From contig OZ024741.1 of the NCBI GenBank assembly GCA_964016885.1, positions 278,938,001 to 279,002,000 of the forward strand: a stretch of 64,000 bases of DNA, in the 5' to 3' direction. The stretch is from Eledone cirrhosa (taxonomy: Eukaryota). This document shows positions 1 to 13,590 of this stretch, piece after piece. A program made the position numbers and the translations under genes. The first letter of the stretch is position 1. Every line of letters begins with the position of its first letter. The notes under the pieces are model-generated. The model was not told the origin of the DNA and ran no database searches. It saw only the letters and a list, made by a program, of their open reading frames with translations.

Positions 1-1846
1 GTGAAATTGTTATAATGGATGCTTAATACTACAAAGATTTGGTTGAGGAACAACTGAAAGACACAACATTCTACCATGAAATACCGTCAAATATAGACCA
101 CAGCATCATGAAGAAGATCAACAACCTGGCTTCAAAATACCACAACTCACTTACTGATAATGAAAGAGACTACATCGCCAATTTTGAGCCAAAACCCAGC
201 AACTTTTGTGGCTTACGGAAAATTCATAAGTCAAAAGAAATCCAAATGGCAGTAAAAGAACAAAAAAGTGAGAACATTAAATTACTACACCCAAAAGACT
301 TAAAACTTAGACGTATTATAGCTGGTCCAACATTCCCTACCCACCGTCTAAGCAATTTTGTTGACATTATTTTGAAATCACTATGTATTCACATACCCAG
401 TTTCATCCGGGATGATATCGACTTCCTGTCCCATCTTCCCAAAACCACGGAAACAAATTCACTTCTACTTAGTTTTGATGTGGTAAGCCTTTACACCAAT
501 ATTACACATGATTTAGGAATAAAGGCAGTTAAATACTGGGTGGAAAAACATAGAGAAGTGATTCCCACCAGATTCACAGTGCCATTTATATTAGACGCAG
601 TCAGACTTATTCTGGAAAACAACACATTCTTCTTCAATGGAAAGAATTACATCCAAATTAGAGGCACAGCGATGGGAACGAAGTTTGCTCCCTTTTACGC
701 GAACTCTGTAATGGGATACTTAGACAACAACTCTACCAAGAAATAGAGGGAAAATATAGCACTGAATTTAGAAAGTACAATGAAAAGTCTTGGAAGAGAT
801 ACCTTGACGACTGTTTCATCATCTGGACAGAATCTCTAGATGCTCTGGATGAGTTCAATATCCTCCTGAATAACCTACACCTATCTCTCCAATTTACAAA
901 AGAGATGAGTAGTACTAAATTACCATTCCTAGATATAATGGTAATCAAAAACGACACCACCATTACCACGGATATATATTATAAACACACAGACACCCAT
1001 CAATATCTGAATTTTAAGTCGTGCCATCCACCTCATACAAAACGCAACATCCCATACTGCCTAGCCAGAAGAATTTGTACCATTGTAGAAGATACGAATA
1101 CCAGGAACAAACGCCTAACAGAACTGAGAGAATCTTTGCTCAAATAAAAATACCCATCTCTACTTATAGAAAATAGCATACAGCGGGCTATAAAAATACC
1201 TATACAACAACTTAGGACAACCCAAGGAAGAAGAAACCAAGAACTGGTCATACCATTTATAATGACACACAACCCATGTCACCAGAATATCTTCAACACT
1301 GCCAAAGCAAACCTACCGATCATTGCTCAAAGAAATGAATTAAAAGGTTTAATCACAGACCGAGCTTTGATTCTTAGTAAAAGACAGCCGAAATATTTGA
1401 AGCAATTACTAACAAAGGCAAAGTTTGATCTTAACAACAAAAACCTATCATTCACTGTATCTAAATGCAATGATAGCCGATGTGGCACATGTCAGTTCAT
1501 ACATACTGGTCAATATATGAACACAAAAACTGGAAAAATATTCCCAAATGCAAATATGAACTGCAAAAGCAGAAATCTAATTTACTGCATTAAATGCCCG
1601 AATTGTGAAGAACTATATGTCGGTCAAACTGGAAATGTACTATCGGAACGTGCACTGGTGCACCGACAGCAAATCAGAGACCCAAATGTCCGTCAGATAC
1701 CCTTGAGTAACTATCTAGAAACATGTGGTCAGCAAATATTTATAATATTTCCATTCTACAAACTACACAGCCAAAGTGAAATCAAGAGAAAAATTAAAGA
1801 AAAGAATTTTATTGATAAATTCCAACCCAAGCTAAATGAACAGTAA
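1..1846 (+). mobile_element. Penelope-like retroelement ORF (RT + GIY-YIG endonuclease), 5'-truncated by the window edge, disrupted
   Basis: RT motifs SFDVVSLYTNI and QIRGTAMG (ORF 39-746), WKRYLDD at about 790-811 after a frameshift, thumb motif YYKHTDTHQYL..SCHPPH (ORF 905-1147), stop at about 1145, then linker CNDSRCGTC and GIY-YIG LIYCIKCPNCEELYVGQTG (ORF 1262-1846). Confidence 0.95.
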
Positions 1847-2251
1847 TAATGCTTAGGGGTATTACTTCTACTATGACTACGCCTATGACCATGTCGACTA
1901 CCACCACTAGCAACAACAACAACAATAATAATAATAAAAGTGATGTTGATAGTGATGATTACTGAAGATTTTTTTATATAAACCCTAGAAAATGCTATTT
2001 TCATCATTTCTAAAAATAGCAAAACAATTGATGCTTTGGATGGGGTCAAATAGAAGTCGTCAGACATGCTCAACCAACCGTGACGCCTAAACCAATCAGC
2101 TTTAGTAATCTAATGAAACCACACACCGATTGGTCGAAATACAGTTTGCAAAACTTAGCATTCTGTAGCCCCTTTTTACTGTATATAAGTCACAGATTTT
2201 AGCCATCTCATTACAGTTGAAAATTGCAAACTTGACTGTCACCACTGAATA

Positions 2252-2290
2252 TGAACCTGAAGATTGCGAAAGCATGAAAGTACTTGTTCA
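2252..2290 (+). ncRNA. Minimal type I hammerhead ribozyme in the PLE 3' pseudo-LTR
   Basis: TGAAC-CTGAAGA-TTGC GAAA GCA-TGAAA-GTAC-TT-GTTCA: stem I TGAAC/GTTCA, CUGANGA core, stem II, GAAA, palindromic AAGTACTT stem III. Confidence 0.85.
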
Positions 2291-2394
2291 ATTAACATTT
2301 AACATTTAATATTCTACCATACTATTTCATTACAATGTCATTATAATTTTAAAAGATTGTAAATAAAACGAGTAAATAAGACAAAGTTGGAATT

Positions 2395-2753
2395 CCTTTT
2401 ATTAATATAATCTTCTATAGACAATCATACACACCCGTGTATATTTATTTATATATATATATTCCTATTGTATATATGCCAACATGTCTGGAAAGCAACA
2501 AATGAAATCAACAGAATCAGAAAGAATTCTAAATGAGATATCATCGAAATTATTAACACTTATCACGATGATTGACACACAATCCTCTATTTTAAAGGAA
2601 ATAGAAAAACAATCTACAGACGGAAAACATACAACTGAACATATAAACACTGAAATCAAGAATTTAGCTGAAATTATACCAACAGTTATCAAAGATACAA
2701 GAGAAAGCCTACTTTTTATTAATATAATCTTCTATACACAATCATACACACCC

Positions 2754-2760
<7 letters not shown>
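2395..2760 (+). repeat. About 50-bp direct repeat flanking a probable PLE ORF start (pLTR extension)
   Basis: TTTTATTAATATAATCTTCTATA.ACAATCATACACACCC.TGTATA at about 2397 and about 2714; ATG at 2484 opens MSGKQQMKSTESERILNEISSK...; ends in (TA)n. Confidence 0.6.
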
Positions 2761-2816
<56 letters not shown>

Positions 2817-2824
2817 TATAAAAA

Positions 2825-3060
2825 GTGCAAATACCTCCTTCGGTCACGAATGACCATGGGATTTGCACCTAGACAGTTACTTCCCGAAGTTGTTTGTGGA
2901 AGACCAGCTGCCGTCCATACATACCAGTCTCCCCTCTCCACGCCACCGATGTTGTCCAAGGGAAAGACAAAGACCGATGCAGCTTAGCACCAGTGACGTC
3001 GCAACTCATTTCTATAGCTGAGTCAACTGGAACAACATGAACATAAAGTGTCTTGTTCTG
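2825..3060 (-). mobile_element. tRNA-derived SINE (same family as 19460-19810), partial
   Basis: Reverse complement matches the 19460-19810 body (tccccTCTCCACGCCACCGATG..TCCAAGGGAAAG..CACCAGTGACGTC). Confidence 0.75.
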
Positions 3061-3370
3061 AGTAATAAGTGACTGTAACAGTCATACACGTGTCTTTTAT
3101 TTTTAATAACCATATATTCTATAAATTGCTTCTTTTTTAATAACTAAGTAGAGCATTACCTACAAACCTCTAAATGACAAACTATGATTGCATAGCCTCT
3201 TAACTGTGTCTATTCACTGCGGATTTAATATTTAACAGCGCAGCAGAGAAATTCCTATAATGCATTGTAATATAGTCTTTACCCCGGAGATATTTTTTCT
3301 CACATTTCACCATGTTTATTCTTCATTAAATAACAATCAAACAAATCAGGGTTTGTTATCAACTTTATTA

Positions 3371-3681
3371 CAGTGGAACCTTTGTTTACGAATACCTCTC
3401 ATCACGAACAAATCTGTACACAAACGATGTTTCAGAACTTAATACGTCTTGGTTCACATAACGAACACAAGTTGGCGACAATAATTGGCAACAAACTTGG
3501 CGTCACTTGCTATGTAGTTAGTTACTATGGTGGTATCTATGTCTTTCACACACAGTCTCTCTCTCTCTCTCTCACTTTATTTCTCAATATTTTGTATGGG
3601 AAACATGGTTTCAGTTTGCGAACATTTCGGGTGACGAACGGCCTTTAGGAATGAATTAAGTCGTGAGCTGAGGTTGCACTG
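3371..3681. mobile_element. Tigger/pogo-type MITE
   Basis: Imperfect TIRs CAGTGGAACCT...AGGTTGCACTG, flanked by TA on both sides. Confidence 0.7.
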
Positions 3682-3789
3682 TATTTATATAACTTCACTA
3701 TAATTTTTTTTTATTTCGAAGCAATTCGGATATCATTGTTGCAGATGGACAGCCTATGAAACTGAAATCTTATATAAATATAATACAAT

Positions 3790-3960
3790 CCTACACCATG
3801 AAAGGTGTCCAGCAGGGCTATATTTTATCTTCAACACTCTTCAACTATAACATCGATAGGATTGCAAAGAATGTACTGAAGGATTTCCTAAGTGTTACTG
3901 CAGGATGAAACTTTAATGTCACTGACCTTCACTATGTCAATGAACTCACGATAATTGACG
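3790..3960 (+). pseudogene. Decayed RTE-like RT fragment
   Basis: Translates KGVQQGYILSSTLFNYNID...VTDLHYVNE, matching the GVRQGxxLSPxLFN / DLDYADD region. Confidence 0.6.
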
Positions 3961-3972
3961 GTGACTGCATTG

Positions 3973-4400
3973 TGGATTGGCAGTCATTTGAGCATCGCAC
4001 AAAATGCTTTGCACTATTTGTTTCGGCACATTGCGTTCTGAGATTCAAATTACGGCCGAGTTCAAATTTACCTTTCATCTTTCTAGGGGTCGATAAAATG
4101 AAATACTAGTCGAGTACAGGAGTCAATATAATCGACATACACCTCCCCGTAATTTACTGTCTTTGTGTCAAAATAGGCTGACGGTGGATTGGCAGTATCG
4201 GTAGAGCATCGGACAACTTGCTTTGCGGCATAGAGTTGCGGCCCTTTGTGTTCTGAGTTCAAATACGGCTGAGATTAGCTTTGCCTTTCATCCTTACGGG
4301 ATCGATAAAATAAAGTACCTGTAACGTACTGGAGTCAGTTTAATCGACTGTCACCTTCCCCTGAAACTGTTGGCATTGTACCTGAATAAGAAACCATTAT
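3973..4400 (+). mobile_element. Two tandem copies of the abundant tRNA-derived SINE
   Basis: GGATTGGCAG..GAGTTCAAAT..GCCTTTCATCCTT..GGGGTCGATAAAATAAAGTACC core, repeated about 20 times in the window. Confidence 0.85.
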
Positions 4401-5039
4401 GCTATATTTAGCGTTATATTAATATTTCTCCGTATTTGTATGTTTCTGCAATATCAAATGTTTTTATTGGTGCATCTTGTTTTAAGAATATATTGTTAGA
4501 TTATCTACTTCAGTTTAATAACTTTCTGTTTCTTTGTGTATTGTGGCCTTTTGGTTTTATCATATACTACCTTCGGTTTCATTATAGATATAAATATGGT
4601 TTCGGTGTCAAATTTAGGGTGATATCATCTGAATAGACTTGATTTTTCTTTATAGATTTTTCTAGTTTCCTGCCAAGATTTTGGATCCCTTACAATCTCA
4701 AGCGTATCTCTCGTTGAAACCATTTCTTACTTCCGCTTCTTTCTTTCCATCATGTTTTGATTTATGATTTATATTCAATCTTTAATATCATCCTCCCTTG
4801 TTGACTACAATCCATTCATTTTCCTATATTGCATTTATTCCCCTTCGTGGATACTCCGATGTTTATATATTTCTATTAATAATCCTTTTATGACATCATA
4901 CATTTCATTCTTTGTTTCAATTCCTTGGTACGCTTACCACAATTGAAACTAGCTCTGGCATATTTCTCAAACCTAAATTCAATATAAGATTTTGTAGGAA
5001 AATATTTTCCAAATGTGTATGCCAACTGACAATCGGTTT

Positions 5040-5260
5040 GACGTTATCCATCGAACGTTTTTGCTTCCAAGTTTGCAGGGGCTTATACGTTCATTGCATG
5101 ATGACATGAGAGCGCGGATTTGCATTAATGGTGAGCTCCTAGAACTTTGCTCAGTTAAGACAGGCGTGGAACAGGGTGACCTGCTCACTCCCACTTTGTT
5201 TGCCATCTTCTTTGCAGTTGTTTTGTTAAAAGCATTCTCCAACACCGATGTTGGCACATA
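5040..5260 (+). pseudogene. RTE (BovB-like) RT fragment
   Basis: LIRSLHDDMRARICINGELLELCSVKTGVEQGDLLTPTLFAIFF. Confidence 0.85.
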
Positions 5261-5654
5261 TATATACGTTATATATATATATCGAACAACCTAGAAAAAT
5301 TATCGATTTTCCAACCCCACCGTTTATTCTAACTCCAACCCCTATTATTTTACTTATTGACGGCTACGTTTCATGTTTGTCTTTCATTTTACTTTCGCTG
5401 GTAAATGGTTATGGTTCAATTAATCTTTTATTTCTACATCTGTATTTTTATCAAAGTGTTTTGCCTCTGCTTTCTTTGTAGGATTTTGTAATACAAAGAT
5501 TTTGTTATTTAATTCCCTGTACTCGTTTTGTCTATTTTCTCGAATCTTAGGGTTCACCGAGTTTTAGTTATTTTCCCTTGTTCTGTTTTGCTTCGTTTCT
5601 TTTCTCTCTATTCTTGTCTTTCCTTAATTTGTTCTGTTCTATATTATATAAAGA

Positions 5655-5965
5655 AGGCGGCGAATTAATAGGGTCGTTATAACATCGGATAGAATGCTTT
5701 GCAGTATTCGTTTCGGCTCTCTGCTCCTTGAGTTCAAATCCCGCCGTAGTTAACTTTGTCTTTCATCCATTTGAGGTCGATAAAAAGTACCAATCTAGTA
5801 CTGGGGTTGATTCTTCCTCTATAACTCTTTTTCATTTCTCTCAACCACTCTCTCTGGAAGAAACCTGCTATATTCAGCCCTTGAGAGGAGATGAGATTTG
5901 CCAGCTTTTAAAATGCAGAAAAACACGGCGCCCCTGCGACTCCCTCAAGAATTACGGTACCATGC
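5655..5965 (+). mobile_element. SINE, long-tail subfamily
   Basis: SINE head plus a pyrimidine-rich tail ending ..GAATTACGGTACCATG; related copies at about 12401, 12880, 13250, 17845, 55860 and 63685. Confidence 0.75.
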
Positions 5966-7116
5966 ATGCATATTATGTAAGCTTTTCATTTTTCTTAAAT
6001 AATATTTTATATTTTTGTCTCCAGTTTGATTTCTTGTAGAATCTTTTGGCTTCCACACAGTGTATGTATATTTTCTTAACTACTTGTTTTCGTACCAACA
6101 CATGCTGTGGCATACATTACTTTGTTTATATCTATCCTATTTATATAATATATTTTGATGTAATGATATCCAATACACGATTATCTTGCTTGGTAAGAAC
6201 TTTATATTTATATATAATATCGTGTTTGTCAGTCGTTAAAATGTATGGATATGTTTTCGGGTGTTTGTTTAGTTTCTTATATCATACTTACTATGTGACT
6301 GCATTTATATAATTGTGATGTTAAATTTTTTCCTTTCTTCTCACATAGCATGATGTATGATTTATTATTTTTTTTAGGAGATGGGGTCTATTACTTCAGT
6401 TACATTATGTTTTAGCGGTGATATTGAGTTGTGGCCTGGGTCTTTGTTGTTGTTTTAGTTGTGTAGCTTCAGTTTGGCCTCAATCAAAAGTAATTAAACT
6501 GTGGTTATCCAGTATTTTTTGCCAGACAGGTATGCTCTAACCGGAACAGTAGGATGTGGTTTAAAGGAAATGTAGCTGTTATTTCTAGTGAAAGCCTAAT
6601 GGTTGGCGGTGTTGAATTCATGATATTAAGGACGTAGGTTCAATTTCTCGACCGGACGGCTAGTTGTGATTTTGATCAAAATACTTTATATCATATTGCT
6701 CCTTCTGTTAGTAGTTGCGACCGGTAGATAGTATCAGCAATGCAAAGATCAGTGGAAACATTGTTCCGTTGGTCCGATCTGACGATAGGCAAAAAAAAAA
6801 AAAGAATGGAGAGAAAAATGTTATCTGCTTTAGCAACCCTACAGAGACTCCTTGGTCTGTTACTGTCGTGTTCTCTGTATTTTATCTTTCTTTAGAATTT
6901 TCTTTATTACATATTTTCTTGTTCAACTGAAATTCTCTGGAGTTGCAGTTTTTTCATGAATATTTATTCTTAGGTTTCATATTTTTATGCTATTTGTTCA
7001 TCAATAACTGACCAGACTTAGTGATGTTTTCTGAACATTTTAATGTTAGAAAAGATGGCTTCCAGTAGCTCTAAACACAGGCTTTTTTATACCTTGATTG
7101 AACAACACATTGATGA

Positions 7117-7158
<42 letters not shown>

Positions 7159-7689
7159 TGGTAGTATTAGTAGTAGTAGTAGTAGTAGTAGTATATCTTA
7201 TATACACACGTCTAATATATATATAATACACGTATGATGATCGTTGCTTATTTCATTTCACCAATAATCGATTTTCCCGACGCTGCGTGGTCTCTTCCCC
7301 CCACGATCCCCCTAAGAAGAAGTCGTCGTCATCGAATGCCAAAAGTAGATCAATGTTGTGGTAGCGAAAACTTCAGTTTAATTTAGAACACGTTAAAAAT
7401 CAAGGAAAATGATAAGAAAACATGAAGTAACTTCTACACAAAGATGATATGCGTTATTTTATTTATTGTTTATTTGTTTTCTGTTTTATTTAGTTTTTTT
7501 TTTTTTTTTTTTTGTATGGACCCGAAATTCCTTTCTTTGGTATTTTTTAAAACCTGACGGGGCCCATTCCCAGAACGAATACTGCAAAGCCTTCTAGCCG
7601 ACCTTCTAACAACTCGGCCAATTTGCCGCCCAATATGCATTATAAAATAAGTAAATCACACTATATATTATATTCTACTCATTTCAGCA

Positions 7690-7945
7690 TAAATCTCACC
7701 ATCGGCACAGAATTGGCTACCCGCAGGTGTGAGTCTCGCTCTTCCAGCGCGTCTCCCTCACCATCCTCCGGGGAAACGCCTTCTCTATTCTCTCCGCCCG
7801 AGCCGTGGGGCGGCCAGCGCCTGGGCCCACATTATAATAGTGAGAGTTGGAGAGAACGGGAGAGACGGGGGCGGTGAAAGTGGTAGTTTAGTTTGTTTGT
7901 GTTCGGATGTGGTGTATATGTATATATTTATTTACCGCACCACAC
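7690..7945 (-). mobile_element. GC-rich repeat, possible LTR-retroelement remnant (related copy at about 20545-20690)
   Basis: Shared GGTGTGAGTCTCGC..CTCTTCCAGCGC.TCTCCCT..GTGGGG.GG.CAGC with 20545-20690; minus strand begins TGTG and contains AATAAA. Confidence 0.4.
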
Positions 7946-8199
7946 ACCCAACCATTTTCTAGTTTTTCAACTCGATTTAGCTTAAAATTGTTATCAAACG
8001 GGAATACCACATCAATAACATAGCACTTACTTGTTCTCAACAACAATTATGTCGGGCCTTCATTGTATACTTTGCTCTAGCGATCAGGGTGACCGTGGCT
8101 TTCTGTGGACTTTCGTTACATTTGACCCTCAGAGGTTTTCAATAACTGCTACTCGTATATGTGATACCATTTATCAGTAGTTTCCATATCATATTTCTT

Positions 8200-9555
8200 T
8201 GTACAGTCGTATCGCTATCAGATAAGTCCATCGTGAAGATCGCCCCACCGCCTGTCTTTATCCGGGAAGGACAGCCAGATTTTATCTGTTTGGTGGTCAT
8301 GGTGAAAGAGGTCATGTGGTGAATACGTTTGAAAAGTTTGAAGACAAGCACTTGCCTATTCAGTGAAGCTCTGTTTAACCTTTTCAGGTTTCATTGGATT
8401 AGAACGCCTCTCTAGAGTGGAGCACCTGCGCTTTCAATTCTTGTGGAAGGGACAGATTCCACTAGTCAGATTGCTGCCAACATCCTTTACGGGGAGGGCT
8501 AGGCATACCGTAGCTGATGATGCACAAGCATGCGCTGGGGCTACGACATTTGCAGATTCTCTTAAACAGTGAATAAGTGTGCTGCTGTTTATAAGCCACG
8601 TCGTTCTGCAGCTCGACTTTTCGACTGAACTGCAGTCGTGGATCAAGCGAACACTGGGACGGAGCGGCTGGCATGTGGAATGTTTCCAGGTGCTCACACT
8701 CCTCTACCAATTCAGTAATGCGGTCAGTGGAAATTCCATGTTTGCGTTTTATAGAGGATTAGTCGTGGGCAAGTACGACGACGTTCTCGGGGAGACTCTA
8801 GGCGTCGACGAGAACGAACTAGCCAGTCTTTTCCGGGGGACTTCGGTTCGGGACCAATGGATAATTTCCAAAAATCACTGGCCTGACTGTGCTACCGGGG
8901 TGGGGATGGGTGGGGATCATTACCGGTTCGAAATAAATTTACAGGCCCGGAAATGCTGTCAGACGGATATGTCCGAGATGCATGCAGAGCGACGAAACCG
9001 TTCTCCACACACTCATCCAGTGTCCGGGCATTACTGACTTGTGAAGTTTTGCCGAACAGTTATTGTCACATGTGAAGATCGCCTCGCCATCTTCCTTTGA
9101 CCGGGAAGGACAGATAGTTTTCCTATGTCTAGTGATTGTAGAGAAAAAGGTTATGTGGTGGATACGACTGAAAGGACAGAAAACAAACACTTTCCTCTTC
9201 GGCCAAGCCCTCATCAACGTTTTCAAGATCCACTTGTAAAGAAAAGAGAAAGCGGGGAGAGAAGTGCTGACACCCCTCAACGCAGTACATTTCTTAATAG
9301 GTGGGTGAATGTAGCGAGGATAACTCGAGTGGATGGGCTTACTATGAACATGTGTGTGTAGGCTTGAGAGTTCAGAAATGAGGGGAGCAACTTCCTAGGG
9401 TGCTCTTGGCGATTAGAAGGGTTTCGGATTTGTGGGTTTCCTAAACTAGCATTGGGTGATACTATTGGGGAATTATGTTATTTATAATGTATTGCTATTT
9501 TGTTACCTGTTTTCTTTGTTTACACGTTTATATAAATCCCCACTCTCATTGATTA
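8200..9555 (+). mobile_element. Tx1/L1-clade LINE 3' fragments (two rearranged pieces)
   Basis: FQFLWKGQIPLVR; CCHC finger RICPRCMQSDETVLHTLIQCPG at about 8964-9030; C-terminus EGQIVFLCLVIVEKKVMWWIRLKG also found at about 8265-8350. Confidence 0.8.
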
Positions 9556-9758
9556 AAACCACTACATGGAAAGGTGGCAAAACTAATGAAATTATTTAAA
9601 CCACTACATGGAAAGGTGGCAAAACTAATGAAATTATTTAAACCACTACATGGAAAGGTGGCAAAACTAATGAAATTATTTAAACCACTACATGGAAAGG
9701 TGGCAAAACTAATGAAATTATTTAAACCACTACATGGAAAGGTGGAAAATTAATGAAA
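9556..9758. repeat. 42-bp minisatellite, about 5 copies
   Basis: Unit AAACCACTACATGGAAAGGTGGCAAAACTAATGAAATTATTT starting at 9556, 9598, 9640, 9682 and 9724. Confidence 0.95.
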
Positions 9759-9904
9759 CTGATTTGTTCTATTTCATGTATAGTGTTTCAAGTATTGAAA
9801 TAGTTATTTTTTTGTTGTTGAATTTTTTGTATTCGTTATGGTAAACAAACAAACAAGAAAAACAACGAACACATGTGATCAACTTTGACCGTTTATCTAT
9901 TCCT

Positions 9905-10366
9905 TCGTCATCATCATCATCCCCACCACCACCATTAATAACATCACCACCACTACAACCACCATCCTCACAACCACCATCCTCAACAACATCACCACCA
10001 CCATCTCTACCACCATCACCACCATTACAACCACCATCCCCAACATCATCACCATCACCATTTCTACCACCATCACCACCACCATCAGCATCAACAACAT
10101 CATACCCACCACCATCACCGCCATCATCACCTCACCACCATCATCCCACCACCACCTCAAACACAACCATCATCCCCAACAATATCACCACCGCCATCAT
10201 CATCACCACCACTACTCCCCCCCCCCCACTACTACAGCCAACATCATCATCATTATCATCATCATTAGGCTGTTGACAAAAATCAATCAAATTGAAACTT
10301 AAAGAGAGAATCAAAACTAATTAAACAGAGTATGATTTGTTTCCAGAGACTGTAGTGTTCCCAGTA

Positions 10367-10397
<31 letters not shown>

Positions 10398-11120
10398 CTC
10401 TTGCTCTCCCCTCCACTAACCATCGTATGATCCGGGATGTTTTTAACATCCAGCGTTACCAGACGATCCTTTCCATCACCTGGCGAAAATTATGGACAGA
10501 GATATTCTATGAAGGGAAAACATCAGCAGTATTGGTTCCAAGCTATAGAACATGCATTACCCGAGATTATTTGAACGCGTACTTCACATATATCTGACTC
10601 ATCTCCCCCGAATGATTTCTACGGTCACCTACACGATCAAAGTAAAAGAATGTGTACTGCACACAGTGGTATATTGCTGGAGGGTGCATTGGGGGTGCTG
10701 ATTCATCTCCCCCATCTCGAAAACAAAATGTCGGAAAATTTAGTCATTTTTTTCGGAAAATTATGAACGTCTACACCACCAAAAATGATAGAAACAATAT
10801 GCTTATGACTGCACATATATTTGGTGGAGGGGTGGTGGTGGTGATGGAGATTTTGGTGGCGGTGGTTGTGGTGGTGATGTTGGTGATGGTGGTGATGGTG
10901 ATGGTGGTTGTGGTGGTGGTGATGGCGGTGGTGATGGTGGTGATGGTGGTTGTGGTGGTGATGTTGGTGGTGGTGTAGGTGATGATGTTGGTGATGGTGG
11001 TTGTGGTGATGATGATAGTGGTGGTGGTTGTGGTGGTGATGTTGGTGATGTGGTGGTGATGGTGGTGGTGATGTTGGTGATGGTAGTGATGGTGGTTGTG
11101 GTGGTGATGGTGATGATGAT
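9905..11120. repeat. Imperfect (CCA/TCA)n tract at 9905-10265 and (GGT/GAT)n tract at 10830-11120
   Basis: Directly visible triplet repeats. Confidence 0.9.
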
Positions 11121-12400
11121 ATATACGGTTACATACACGGTCAAAGTAGAGGCGTTTACTATTAATTAATAGATGGTATTACCTGTGAATTCTTCTAAAC
11201 ACTTTCAAAATATAACTGGAAGATAATAGTTTCTAATTTAGACACAAGGCTTGCAAGATGGGGGGAGAGGAAATTCGATTATATCGACCCCGGTGCTTTA
11301 CTGTTACTTTATTTTATTGACCCCGTGGGGGGGGGGGGGGATGTAAATTTGAAGTCAGAAAATAAAGGTACTTACCGCTATGTCGCGAAGCATGGTGCCT
11401 GACGATCTATCGTTACTCCTAATCCACCACCCTTAATGTCGTAAGAAGCAAAAGGGCCCGACGCTTTACTGATCCCTAAATAATAAAGTATTGGTTACAA
11501 CTGAAGAAGAGCTTGTTGCAAAACTATGCAAAACTCATGAATGTGTTATTTTTTGCCCTGAATAATTCTACAGTGAACCTAAAAATCTCCGTCCTCGTGT
11601 GGATGGCATGGCTACTTTTATTAGACCACACGAGAAGCATTGCGCTAGTAAAAAATGAGACAATTGCCGAATCTATGTCAAATAGCAATGAAAGTAACAT
11701 AGAGGTCCTATCATGTCTCACACTCTCACGCTGAATCTCCCTGGGGATTACATTACAGGTGCACGTGTTTTTAGAATGCTCGGTCAATTACACGATAATT
11801 TCAAGAGCAGGCTGTTCCATTGATCGAATAAAATGGAACGCTCGTCGTAGAAACCGATGGAGATCCATTCAGTTCTACATTTATGATCACAAAGTATTCC
11901 AACCATGGCCATCTATATTTTGGACAGTAGAATGTAATTTGTAGAAGGGTTGGCTGCTATTTTTAGCAGGTGACGAGACCACTTAGTTGTATATTCGTGA
12001 TGTGTTTGTGCAATGGAATCGACCTTTGTCAGTTTCGATGATATGTGTTCCAGTTGTCCTAACAAGGGAACAGCCTGCTCATGAATTTAATGTGTAGGTA
12101 GCTGAACATTCCACTGACACGTGTAATATTAATGTAATTTTCAGGGATAGTCAACGTGCCGCAGTGTGTGACAAGGCTGACTGTTTGTATTACAGGTACA
12201 GTCAATCTGACGGGCTTCCAAACAGTTTCCGTCTACCCAAATTCAATCACAAGACAAGCCGACCCGACACTATGGTAAAAGACACTTACCCAAGATACCA
12301 TGTAGTGGGATCGAACCCGGGACTTGATGATTGCGAAACGAACTCCTTAACCATTCGGCTATGCTTCGTCGACATGTGTTTATATCTAAGTATATATGTA

Positions 12401-13590
12401 AGGCGTCGAATTGGCAGAGTCGTTAGGATGTCGAATAGAATGCTTTGCAGTATTTGTTTCGGCTCTCTGCACTCTGAGTTCATAATCCTTCAGAGGACAA
12501 CTTTCTTTCTCATCATTTCGTGGTCGATAAAAAAGTACCAGTCCACTATTGTGTGTGTGTGTGGGGGGGGGGGTCGATTCTTCCTCTATATCTCTTTCTT
12601 ACGTCCATTCTCCCACTCCCTATATCCTTCTCTGGAAGGCACCACTACAACTTCCTCAGGAGTTACGGAACCATGCATGTATGTACATATTGATTGCTTT
12701 ATCCATGTTTATTAGTATGTGAAATTGTACGTGTGTTTTTTTAGCTTACTCTAGTCTATGTTTATGTGTGTTTATGTTTGTGGGCTTCTTAAAATATGTT
12801 TCTTCTTTTGCTTGCACCTACGCATGTATATTGATTTTCTGTGAACGTGAATATATGTGTAAATATGATATATGATATTGGTATGGTATGACCCCATAAC
12901 TCCTGAAGAAGTTGAAGGGGCGCCATATTGTCATACAGCATTTATTAGGCATTTTAAAACCTGGCGGAGCCCATCCATCTCCACGTCTGACAACAGCAGA
13001 TTTCTTCCAGAGAAGGATAGAGAGTGAGAGAAAGAAAGTGAGAAAGAGATATTGAAGAATCGATCCCAGACAGGTACTTTTTTTTATCTTTGAATGGGTG
13101 AAAGGTAAAGTTGACTTTCGCATGATTTGAACTCAGTTAGCAGAGATTTGAACTCAGTTAGCAGAGAGGAACGAATACCACAAAGCATTCTATCCGACAT
13201 TCTAACGACTCTACCAATTGGCCGTCTTGTTATATGTATGTATGGATCCGTAACTCGTGATGGGATCGTAGGGACTCCTTTGTGACATACGATGGGTCTT
13301 GGGTATTTAAAACCTGGTGGAACCTATTCCCTCACCATTCCCTCACACAGCCTATTTCTTCCACAGAAGGAGAGAGAGAGAGAGGGGGGGGGGGAATGGA
13401 GGGCAGGAAAAGAGAAAGGGATAAAAAGGAAAAATGGACCCCAGTACTAGACTGGTACATTTTTTTATCAACCTCGAATGGATGAAAGGCAAAGCTGTCC
13501 TCGGCGAGATTTGAGCTCAGAGCGCAGAGAGCCGAAAAAAATATCGCAAAGCGTTCTATCCCTCTAACGGTTCTGCTAATTCGCTACCTC
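12401..13590. mobile_element. Cluster of three long-tail SINEs (+ 12401-12680; - 12880-13230; - 13250-13590)
   Basis: SINE core motifs in both orientations; 21-bp internal duplication GATTTGAACTCAGTTAGCAGA at about 13124-13165. Confidence 0.75.

Noticed and set aside
8139-9280. Repeated minus-strand domain CPSR.K..G.AIFT as exons of a host gene (also at 29232-29423)
   Set aside because: It is the antisense reading of Tx1/L1 C-terminal fragments on the plus strand.
9556-9758. CRISPR-like repeat
   Set aside because: Contiguous tandem units with no spacers and no cas genes, in eukaryotic context.
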